A stretch of 64,000 bases of DNA from Candidatus Eiseniibacteriota bacterium (lineage in GTDB: Bacteria; Eisenbacteria; RBG-16-71-46; JABDJR01): contig CAWANH010000029.1 in NCBI GenBank assembly GCA_963783375.1, positions 992,001 to 1,056,000 of the forward strand. The letters are read 5' to 3'. Below are positions 32,601 through 41,025 of the stretch, one piece after another; the first letter of the stretch is position 1; each line of letters starts with the position of its first letter. The notes under the pieces were generated by a model. That model saw only the letters and a program-made list of their open reading frames with translations. It was not told the origin of the DNA and did not search any database. The translations under genes were made by a program, and so were the position numbers.

Positions 32601-32830
32601 CGCGTCGGTCAGCTTCCGGGTGGACGCCCCCTGCCCGGTCAACGCCCAGGTGTACGACCTTCAGGGGCGCCGGGTCCGGCTCTTGACCTCGGGAAACTGC
32701 CCGGCAGGAGTCTCGATCCTGACCTGGGACGGCCGGGACGACACGGGCCGCCGGGCCCCGGGGGGATCTATTTCGTGCGGGTTTCCACCCAATCTTTCCG
32801 TGCCTCCCGGCGCGCGTCCTCCTCCCCTGA
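29662..32830 (+). pseudogene. Secreted FG-GAP (integrin-alpha-like) repeat protein with C-terminal FlgD-Ig domain; multiply frameshifted (pseudogene or sequence errors)
   Basis: Signal peptide MKLGRLSLLIVLLSAG; seven D.[ND]GDG..D repeats spread over three frames; C-terminal FPNP...VYDLQGRRVRLL...WDGRDD.G...G-IYFVR. Confidence 0.75.
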
Positions 32831-32903
32831 TCCGTCTCAAGTTCCTCTCCCCGTGTCCGATATCCGAAGCACCCGTCCGTGTCATCCGGGGAGGAGAACG
32901 TCC

Positions 32904-34429
32904 ATGTCTTCGACGGTCAGAACGACCCAACCTGGGTGATATCCTCACCCGACTCAAACTGATCGACGACGAGCAGGTCCGCGCCGCCCTGGAACTCCAG
33001 CAGGAGACAGGGAAGCTGTTCGGAGAGTGCCTGCTGCAGCTCGGCGCCATCGCCGAGGACGACCTTGGGTGGGCGCTCAGCAGCCAGCTCGATCTCCCGT
33101 TCATGAACGTGACCCCGGAGATGCCCGACCCGGAACTCCTGGCCCGCTTCCCCCGGGACTTCCTGCGGCGGAACCTCGTCCTTCCCCTGGTGGAGTCGGA
33201 GGACAGCCTGTCGGTGGTGCTCTCGGATCCTACCGATGAGCTCACCATGGCCCGCTTGAAGCGGCTATCGGGATGTGAGCTGCAGGCGGCGGTGGGCACC
33301 CCCACCGCGATCCGCCGGGCCCTGGACGTTCTCCTCGGTCCCGCGGCCGACGGCGATGAGGAGGCGGGGTCGACCGGGTCGTCGCCGGGGTCAAGCGTCG
33401 CGCGGCCAGCCTGGCCGCGCCCGAACTGACCCAGCTCCTGGACCGGGCGCTCACCGAAGGGGCTTCGGCCATCCATCTGGACCCCGAGGAGGGAAAGGTG
33501 CGGGTGCGGTTCCGGGTGAACGGCTATCTTGTCGAGGGGGGGGTATCCCGGCCAAGGCGATGGACGAGCTGATGGAGAATCTTCCGGGATGGCTGGGAGA
33601 TCCGATCGAGACCGCCCCCGGCGTCCATCGCTGGGGCGAGGGAGCCTCGGGAGCCGAGGCGGCGCCCTTCCGGGTGATCACGGCCGCCGGGCGGGAAGGG
33701 GCCTCCGCCACCCTCATCCTGGAAGGAATGGACTACACCCGTCGCAAGCTCTCCGCTCCGTTCGAACCGGAGTGGGACCGGCTGAACGGCCTCGTGAACC
33801 GACCCCGCGGCCTGGTGGCCGCGGTGGCGCCGTCCCTGGCCGAACGCGAGCAGCTCCTGAGCCGACTTCTGGGTCTGATCGATGTGTCCCACCGGCGCGG
33901 GTGGGTGCTGGCCCCCGAGGGGCTCGCGCTTCCCCGCCGGATCTCCTGCTTCCCCGCCGATCCCAGCCTGGAGCTCACCCGGGCCTTTGCGGAAATGGAG
34001 GGGGTGGACCTCCTGGCCGGGGTCTTCGCCGGCCCGGAACACGCGACCGTCCTTGCCGAGGCCGCCGAGCGCGACCGGCTGGTGGTGGCGGTCTTCCCCG
34101 GGAACTCCGCCCTCGGATTCCTGGCCCGGCTTCACGAGTCCGGCGTCTCCGCGGTCCTTCTCGCCGAGTCCCTCGTGGCGGTGGTGGCCCAGCGCATCCT
34201 CCCCGGGCCGGACCCGGAAGGGGCGGCCCGCGCCATCGCCGAAATTCTTTTCGTGGACACGGGGATGCGACGAACCCTCCAGAACGGGGGGCGGATCCAG
34301 GACCTTCGCGGGGCGGCCGCCGAGCAGGGGTTCGTGGAGCTCGCGGGCCGGGCCCGTTCTCTCGAGTCCGTGGACGCAACCGTGATCGACGACCTCGACC
34401 GGCACCGGTATCTGGAGGACGCGGCATGA
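32904..34429 (+). CDS. PilB/GspE-like protein with MshEN N-domain and degenerate ATPase domain (about 3 frameshifts in the 5' half)
   Basis: LGDIL...LID..QV..AL..Q....LFGECLLQLG; ASAIHLDP...VRVRFRVNG; NRPRGLV; VVAQRIL. Walker A/B and His box are replaced. Confidence 0.72.
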
Positions 34430-35520
34430 GCCTCGACATCAACAAGCTCCTGGCTTTCACCCTGAAGCAGGGCGCCTCGGACCTCCACCTGAGCGCGGGG
34501 ATGCCCCCCATCATCCGCCTGCACGGGGAGATGACCCGGCTCGACGTTCCCGCTCTTGCCTCCGAGGAACTCGAGTCGCTCCTCAACTCGATCATGACCG
34601 AGGACCAGACCAGGGAATTCGAGAAGGCCATGGAGCTGGACTTCGCCATCGAGCTGGGGGACATGGGCCGGTTCCGGGTGAACGCCTTCAACCAGACCCG
34701 GGGGCCGGGAGCGGTGCTCCGCACCATCCCCACCCAGGTCCCCACCCTCGATGACCTCAAGCTCCCCAAGGTGCTGGCGGAATTGGCCATGAAGGAGCGC
34801 GGGCTGATCCTGGTCACCGGGCCCACCGGGAGCGGGAAGTCCACCACCCTGGCCGCCATGGTGAACCATGTGAACGAGCGCCGTCGCGGCCACATCATCA
34901 CCATCGAGGACCCGATCGAGTTCGTCCACCAATCCAAGAGCTGCCTCGTCAACCAGCGCGAGGTGGGACGGAACACCCATTCCTTTGCCGCCGCGCTCCG
35001 GAGCGCGCTGCGCGAGGACCCCGACGTGATCCTCGTGGGCGAGCTCCGCGACCTCGAGACCACCCAACTCGCCATCACCGCCGCCGAAACCGGCCACATC
35101 GTCTTCGGTACCCTGCACACCAACAGCGCGGCCAAGACGGTGGACCGCATCATCGATGTCTTCCCCAGCGGCCAACAGGCCCAGATCCGGAGCATGTTCT
35201 CCGAGTCGATCGTGGGCATCATCTGTCAGACCCTGCTCAAGACCAAGGACGGCAAGGGGCGGCTCTGCGCTCAGGAGATCCTGGTGGCGGTGGCCGCGGT
35301 CCGGAACCTGATCCGCGAGGACAAGACGTCGCAGATCATGTCGGTGATCCAGACCGGAGCCCAGCACGGCATGCAGAGCATGGACCAGTGCCTGAAGGCC
35401 CTGGTGATGGAAGGGAAGGTGGCGGCGGAAGAGGCGGCGACGAAAGCCACCATGCCCTCGATCATCCTGGGTGCGGGGAAGGACGCCGAGGGCCTGCCGC
35501 CCGCGCGCAAGGCGGCCTGA
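34426..35520 (+). CDS. pilT: Type IV pilus retraction ATPase PilT
   Basis: ASDLHLSAG, GPTGSGKSTT, TIEDPIE, LREDPDVILVGELRD, TGHIVFGTLHT, AVRNLIRE. Confidence 0.96.
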   Translation: MSLDINKLLAFTLKQGASDLHLSAGMPPIIRLHGEMTRLDVPALASEELESLLNSIMTEDQTREFEKAMELDFAIELGDMGRFRVNAFNQTRGPGAVLRTIPTQVPTLDDLKLPKVLAELAMKERGLILVTGPTGSGKSTTLAAMVNHVNERRRGHIITIEDPIEFVHQSKSCLVNQREVGRNTHSFAAALRSALREDPDVILVGELRDLETTQLAITAAETGHIVFGTLHTNSAAKTVDRIIDVFPSGQQAQIRSMFSESIVGIICQTLLKTKDGKGRLCAQEILVAVAAVRNLIREDKTSQIMSVIQTGAQHGMQSMDQCLKALVMEGKVAAEEAATKATMPSIILGAGKDAEGLPPARKAA

Positions 35521-35613
35521 TCAGGAGGCCGACCCGGAGATCGCCTCGACCGCCGGCCCCGGCGGAATCGACGGACGCGGGCGAGGATGTCGCGGCCGCG
35601 GGCCGGAGCCCGG

Positions 35614-36882
35614 TCAGGGTTTGAGCGCCCACTCCGCGTGGACGCTGCGGAAGAGCACCTCGTCCGCCGGCTCCATCAAGACCTCGCGTCGGGCCATGAC
35701 CCGGCGGGCGACGACCAGGGCCTTTTCCAGGTCGTAGGGAACGATCCCTCCCGAGCCGCCCCATGAGAACGAGGGCACGTGCTTCGGCCCGAACCCCGCC
35801 CCGAACACGTTGGCGCTCATCCCGACCACGGTGCCGGTGTTGGTGAGCGTCCCGATCGCGGTCTTGGAGTGATCCCCCATGAAGAGCCCCACGAACTGCT
35901 CCTCGGAGTCGATCTCACCCCCCGGGGTCCAGATCCGGACGGTGGAGTAGTTGTTCTTCAGGTCCGAGGTGTTGGTGGCCGCGCCCAGATTGGTCCAGGC
36001 CCCCAGATACGAGTGACCCACGTAGCCGTCGTGCTGCTTGTTGGCGTAGCCCTGAAAGATCGATGCCTCGACCTCTCCCCCCACCTTGCACTGCGGACCG
36101 ATGGAGACCGGGCCCTCGATCTTGGCCCCCACCTTGATCACGCTTCGCGGCCCCAGGTAGGCCGGGCCGAGGATCACCGCGTTCTGAAGCACCCGCGCCC
36201 CTTCGCCGAGGATGATCGGACCGGACCCCGCGTCGAGGATGGCCCCGGCCTCGATTCTCACCCCCTCCCGAAAGAGGATGCGGTCGCGGTGGAGGATCTG
36301 GCAGCCGGGGGCGAGCTCGGGTTCGGCCCGGGGGGTCGAGGCGTCCACCCCGGCGAAGTCGTCGACCAGGACCTCGCCGTTCCACTTCACCAGGTCCCAG
36401 AGATGGCGAACCAGGCGGATCCCCGCGGGGGCGCCGGTCACGGTGTGGTCGCGGGGGAGGGGCGACGGTCCGCCCGCGGCCAGGGCCTCCTCGAGGGTCC
36501 GCCGGAAGTCCGAGGCGGCCCGGCCGGTGACCCGCGCCGCGGCCAGCTCCCCGCTCTCCTGCACCGCCACCGCCTTGTCGAGAAGGGTGATGAGGTCGTC
36601 GAGGGCGTCTCCGAGGCAGAGGAGACGCCCGTTCAGGAACAGCACGTCGCCTTCCGCGTCGTGGTTCACCCGGTGGCCGGGGTGGTCCCGCTCCACCAGG
36701 GGGCGGAGCACCGGCCGGCAGAGGTAGTCCACCCGCTTGATGTCGCGCTGGGCGAGCTGGGCGGCAAGCCGGCGTCCGAGGCTCACCGCCCCCACCCGGC
36801 AGTCGAAAGCCGGACGGGTGAGGGTGATCGGATAGAGCCGCCGCCAGCCCACGTCCTCGAAGATCACCACCTGGCGGCTCAT
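35614..36882 (-). CDS. GlmU-like putative sugar nucleotidyltransferase/acetyltransferase
   Basis: LYPITLTRP..D.RVG N-terminus; hexapeptide region; KVGGEVE, NKQHDGYVGHSYLG.W.NLGA.T..SDLKNNY. Confidence 0.87.
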   Translation of the reverse strand: MSRQVVIFEDVGWRRLYPITLTRPAFDCRVGAVSLGRRLAAQLAQRDIKRVDYLCRPVLRPLVERDHPGHRVNHDAEGDVLFLNGRLLCLGDALDDLITLLDKAVAVQESGELAAARVTGRAASDFRRTLEEALAAGGPSPLPRDHTVTGAPAGIRLVRHLWDLVKWNGEVLVDDFAGVDASTPRAEPELAPGCQILHRDRILFREGVRIEAGAILDAGSGPIILGEGARVLQNAVILGPAYLGPRSVIKVGAKIEGPVSIGPQCKVGGEVEASIFQGYANKQHDGYVGHSYLGAWTNLGAATNTSDLKNNYSTVRIWTPGGEIDSEEQFVGLFMGDHSKTAIGTLTNTGTVVGMSANVFGAGFGPKHVPSFSWGGSGGIVPYDLEKALVVARRVMARREVLMEPADEVLFRSVHAEWALKP

Positions 36883-38639
36883 CGTTCGCCCTCCGAAGCG
36901 GGGAAGGCCGGGTCCTTCCACGCGGTCTTTCCGTCCACCACCGTCCAGAGCGCCCGGGCGCCGAGCAGGTCCGGCGGATCGCAGGTCACGAGGTTCCGGT
37001 CGAAGACCGTGAAGTCGGCGCGCTTCCCCGGGGTCAAGGTGCCGGCCGCGGCGAGATCGCCGGAAACGTAGGCGGGGCCCGCGGTCGCCGCGACGAGGGC
37101 CTCCTCGCGGCCCAGCCGCTCCTCGGGGATCCATCCCCCTACGGGGCGGCCTTGGGCGTCCTGCCGGCTGACCGCGGCGTGGAGTCCGCGAAGCGGATCG
37201 TGGGACTCCACCGGAAAATCGCTCCCCAGGACGAACACGGCGCCCCCGTCCACGAGGGTACGCCAGGCGTAAGCCCCGTATAGCCGGTCCTTCCCCAGCC
37301 GGTCCGGCGCCCACGGCATGTCGCCGGTGCAGTGGGTGGGTTGCATGCTGGCTACCACGTGGAGGGCGCCGACCCGGGGGAGATCGGCCGGAGCGATGAT
37401 CTGGGCGTGTTCGAGGCGGACCGGGGGGCGGACGGCGGGCACGTCGCCCACCAGGGAGCGCGGAGCTTCGGGGGCCGGGGACGCCTTCGCCGCCTCCGGG
37501 TCGCTCTCCCGGATCGTGGCCCAGGCGTCGAGCACCTCCCGGTTCCCCCGGTCGCCGATGGCGTGCACCGCGCACTGGAACCCACGTTGCAGCGCGAGCG
37601 CCATCCCGGCCCGGAGAACCCCGGGTTCGGTGATCAGGAGTCCCCGGTTTTCCGGATCGTCGCTATATGCGCTCAGGAGCGCCGCCCCGCGGGAGCCGAG
37701 GGCGCCGTCGGCGTAGAACTTCACCATGCCGAGCTTGAAGCGGCCGTGGTCCCAGTCGCGGTCGGGGCCGTTTTCGAGCGCCGCCGCGAGCCCGGGGTCC
37801 GTCGCGGCTTCCGCCGGGAGATCGTTGCCCGCCGAGAGCGCGGCGTAGATCCGGATCGCGAGCCGGTTCGTCCCGGCCAACTCCCGGTAGATCGCGAGTT
37901 CCCCGGCGCTCATCCCCATATCGTGAACGGTGGTGAGGCCGACCCGGGCGAGAGTCCGGACGGCGGCTTCGATGGCCCGCGCCTTGGCTTCGCGACCGGT
38001 CCGCGGCACCACCCGCGTCACCAGACCCTCGGCATTGTCCACCAGGATCCCGGTGGGGTTTCCGTCGGGATCGCGATGGATTTTGCCTCCCGCAGGATCG
38101 GGGGTGGCCGCGGTGATCCCGGCCAGGGCCAGGGCCCGGGAGTTCACCCACAGGGCATGTCCGTCCACCCGGCTCAGGGAGATCGGGAGGTCCCCGCTCA
38201 CCCGGTCCAGGTCGAGCCGGTCGGGGAAGCGCTCCCCGGGCCAGTCGTTCTGGTCCCAGCCCCGGCCCAGGATCCACGCGTCCCCGCCGGCGGTGCGCCG
38301 GCCGGCCACCGCATCGGCCACCCGGGCCAGGGTCTCCTCCAGGGTGGCGATCCCGGTCAGGTTCACCCGTTCCAGGCTCTGGCCGAGGCCCAGGACGTGG
38401 CAATGGGCATCCACGAGCCCCGGGGTCACGAACGCCCCGTGAAGGTCGATAACCGGGGTGTCGGGGCCGGCCAGGCCGGCCACCGAGGCCTCGGAGCCGA
38501 CCGCGCGGAGGGTGGGGCCCTCCACCAGCATGGCCTCCGCCCAGAGCCGCGACGGGTCCCCGGTCCAGATCACGCCGTTCTTCAGGAGCATCGACTGCGC
38601 CTCCGTCAATCCGGCCATCGTAAGCCCGGCCAAGAACAT
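36879..38639 (-). CDS. Amidohydrolase family 3 (YtcJ-like), probably exported
   Basis: PGLVDAHCH, GRGWDQ, RVDGH, KFYADGALGSRGA, HAIGD, RLEHAQ, GSDFPVE; start uncertain. Confidence 0.88.
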   Translation of the reverse strand: MFLAGLTMAGLTEAQSMLLKNGVIWTGDPSRLWAEAMLVEGPTLRAVGSEASVAGLAGPDTPVIDLHGAFVTPGLVDAHCHVLGLGQSLERVNLTGIATLEETLARVADAVAGRRTAGGDAWILGRGWDQNDWPGERFPDRLDLDRVSGDLPISLSRVDGHALWVNSRALALAGITAATPDPAGGKIHRDPDGNPTGILVDNAEGLVTRVVPRTGREAKARAIEAAVRTLARVGLTTVHDMGMSAGELAIYRELAGTNRLAIRIYAALSAGNDLPAEAATDPGLAAALENGPDRDWDHGRFKLGMVKFYADGALGSRGAALLSAYSDDPENRGLLITEPGVLRAGMALALQRGFQCAVHAIGDRGNREVLDAWATIRESDPEAAKASPAPEAPRSLVGDVPAVRPPVRLEHAQIIAPADLPRVGALHVVASMQPTHCTGDMPWAPDRLGKDRLYGAYAWRTLVDGGAVFVLGSDFPVESHDPLRGLHAAVSRQDAQGRPVGGWIPEERLGREEALVAATAGPAYVSGDLAAAGTLTPGKRADFTVFDRNLVTCDPPDLLGARALWTVVDGKTAWKDPAFPASEGER

Positions 38640-38753
38640 GGGAAAAAGGACCCAGGAGCCGGAGACCGAGCTTCGCCGGCCGCCGGACCCGGCCCCGAAC
38701 CGCCGATACCCCAAGCTACCGCCCCGTCCAACCCGCTCGGAGGAGACATCACC

Positions 38754-39890
38754 TTGGAGAATCAGTCGCACTCAGCCATCTCCGCCTCCGACGGACACCG
38801 GACCCCCGAACCCGAGCGGCCATCCTACCGCGCTATCCTGCGTCATGAACACCTGCTCGGCGACGACGGCCCGGCGCCTTCCGCCCCGCCGCACCGGGCC
38901 ACGCGGTGGCCGGCCCTGGCCCGGATCGGCGCGGGACTCGCGGCGTCGGCGGTCACCACCCCCTTCATCTACCTCCTGTGGCAGCCTCCCGCCCACTATC
39001 TTGTGCCCGCCGCGGCCCTTCTGGCCCTGACCGGGGTGCTGGGGGCCCAGGCCAGCCATGCGGTGACCCGAAGGGAGATCTCGGTCTGGATGACCCGGCT
39101 GGCCCGGCGGAGCGAGCGCATCTTCCGCGGGGAATCCCTTCCCCGCACCGAGCCCGACGACGTGGAGGGGTACCTCCAGGGTATGGCCCAGGGCCTGGAA
39201 ATGAGCCTGGAACGGGAGCTTCGGAACGAACGCGATGCGATTCTCTCCACCATCACCACCCTGGTCTCCGCCCTGGAGGCTCGTGACCCCTACACCCGGA
39301 ATCACTCCTCCCACGTGGCCCAGTTCGCGGTCCGGCTGGGGAAGGAGATGGGCCTCACCCGGAGCCAGCTCTACGAGATCCACCTGGCCGGACTGCTGCA
39401 CGACATCGGGAAGATCGGGATCCCGGACAGCATCCTCCTGAAGCCGGCCGGACTCACCCGCGAGGAGTACGAGGTCATGAAGACCCACCCGGTCCTGGGG
39501 GCGCGGATCCTCTCCGGCATCCCCGGGCTGTCGGCGGTGAACGAGATCGTGCTCCACCACCACGAGATGTGGGACGGGCGTGGGTATCCGGACGGACTCG
39601 CCGGGAAGGACGTTCCGCTGGGTGCGCGCATCATCGCGGCCAGCGACACGTACCTGTCGATGGTCGAGGACCGCCCCTATCGCCAGGGCCAGAAGATGAG
39701 CCGGGTGTTCAACGAGCTCCGCCGGGTGGCCGGCCGTCAACACGACCCCGACGTGGTGGACGCACTCCTGGTCATGGTCCGGCGCGAGATGGACACCTTC
39801 GGGGTGCCGCTCATCGCCGGCGTGGACAGCATGGAGGGGTTCCTCAGGGATACGCTGCCGGTCGAGAGCCCGGAGCGCGAGGCGGCGTAG
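38754..39890 (+). CDS. Membrane-anchored HD-GYP domain protein (cyclic dinucleotide phosphodiesterase family)
   Basis: EARDPYTRNHS, LLHDIGKIGIP, HHHEMWDGRGYP; two TMs; TTG after SD AGGAG. Confidence 0.88.
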   Translation: MENQSHSAISASDGHRTPEPERPSYRAILRHEHLLGDDGPAPSAPPHRATRWPALARIGAGLAASAVTTPFIYLLWQPPAHYLVPAAALLALTGVLGAQASHAVTRREISVWMTRLARRSERIFRGESLPRTEPDDVEGYLQGMAQGLEMSLERELRNERDAILSTITTLVSALEARDPYTRNHSSHVAQFAVRLGKEMGLTRSQLYEIHLAGLLHDIGKIGIPDSILLKPAGLTREEYEVMKTHPVLGARILSGIPGLSAVNEIVLHHHEMWDGRGYPDGLAGKDVPLGARIIAASDTYLSMVEDRPYRQGQKMSRVFNELRRVAGRQHDPDVVDALLVMVRREMDTFGVPLIAGVDSMEGFLRDTLPVESPEREAA

Positions 39891-39944
39891 CCCAGCCCGG
39901 TCACGACATTGCTCGAGCCGCGGGCGGGAATTCCCCCCCCCGGC

Positions 39945-40895
39945 TCAGTCCCGGTCGAAGAGCGCGGCGGCGAACGCCTCGGCTTCGAATGGCGCGAGAT
40001 CCTCCATCCCCTCCCCCAGACCCAGGAACCGGACCGGGATCCCGAGCTGATCGGCGATGGCCACCACCACCCCGCCCTTGGCCGTTCCGTCCACCTTGGT
40101 GAGCACCAAACCGGTGATCTCCATCACCTGCCCGAACTGCCTGGCCTGCTGGATGGCGTTCTGGCCGGTGGTGGCGTCGAGCACCAGGAGCACCTCGTGA
40201 GGGGCCCCGGGGACGCGCTTGCCGACCACGCGGCCGATCTTCCGGAGCTCCTCCATCAGGTTCACCTTGGTCTGGAGGCGGCCGGCGGTATCCACCAGGA
40301 CCACGTCCACGCCTCGGGCCTGGGCGGCGCCCACCGCGTCGTAGGCCACCGAAGCCGGGTCCGCGCCCGACTGGTTGGCGATCAGCTCCACCCCCGCGCG
40401 GTCGGCCCAGATCCGGAGCTGCTCCACCGCGGCGGCCCGGAAGGTGTCGGCGGCGGCCACCAGGACCGTCTTCCCTTCGCCCCGGTAGTGATGGGCCAGC
40501 TTGCCGAGGGTGGTGGTCTTCCCCGTCCCGTTCACCCCGACCAGGAGCACCACCCGGGGCTTCACCTCCGCCTCCGCCGGCGCCGCGCCCTCGCCCTTCC
40601 GAAGGATCGCGGCCACTTCTTCGGCCAGGACCTCCTCCAGCGCCGCCCCGTCGGCCAGACCGTCGGTCTTGATTCGCTCCCGAAGGCGCACCACCAGCTT
40701 CTCCGCCGCCGCCACCCCGACGTCGCCGGCGATCAAGGCCTCTTCCAGGTCCTCCCAGGTCTCCTCGTCGATCCGTGGCCGCCCGGTCAGCGCCTTGTGG
40801 ACGTTTTCGGCCAGGTTTCGCCGGGTGCGGTCGAGGCTCTCCTTGAGCTTCGCTCCGCCCAGGGTCTCTTTGAGCTTTCCGAAGAACTTGCGCAT
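39945..40895 (-). CDS. ftsY: SRP receptor FtsY
   Basis: [39 protein letters not shown]. Confidence 0.96.
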   Translation of the reverse strand: MRKFFGKLKETLGGAKLKESLDRTRRNLAENVHKALTGRPRIDEETWEDLEEALIAGDVGVAAAEKLVVRLRERIKTDGLADGAALEEVLAEEVAAILRKGEGAAPAEAEVKPRVVLLVGVNGTGKTTTLGKLAHHYRGEGKTVLVAAADTFRAAAVEQLRIWADRAGVELIANQSGADPASVAYDAVGAAQARGVDVVLVDTAGRLQTKVNLMEELRKIGRVVGKRVPGAPHEVLLVLDATTGQNAIQQARQFGQVMEITGLVLTKVDGTAKGGVVVAIADQLGIPVRFLGLGEGMEDLAPFEAEAFAAALFDRD

Positions 40896-41025
40896 GGGTT
40901 TTCCGTTCGGAATCGGTGGACCGGGAGGCGCGATGAGGGTTCGGGGCCCGGACCGTGCGCCGCCCAAAATGAGCGGGGCGGGGCCGAACCGGCGACCCCG
41001 CCCCGAACCCGGAAAGAATATCAGG

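Noticed and set aside
40896-41025. SRP RNA next to ftsY
   Set aside because: The conserved helix-8 AGG...GGAA...AGCAG motif is absent on both strands.
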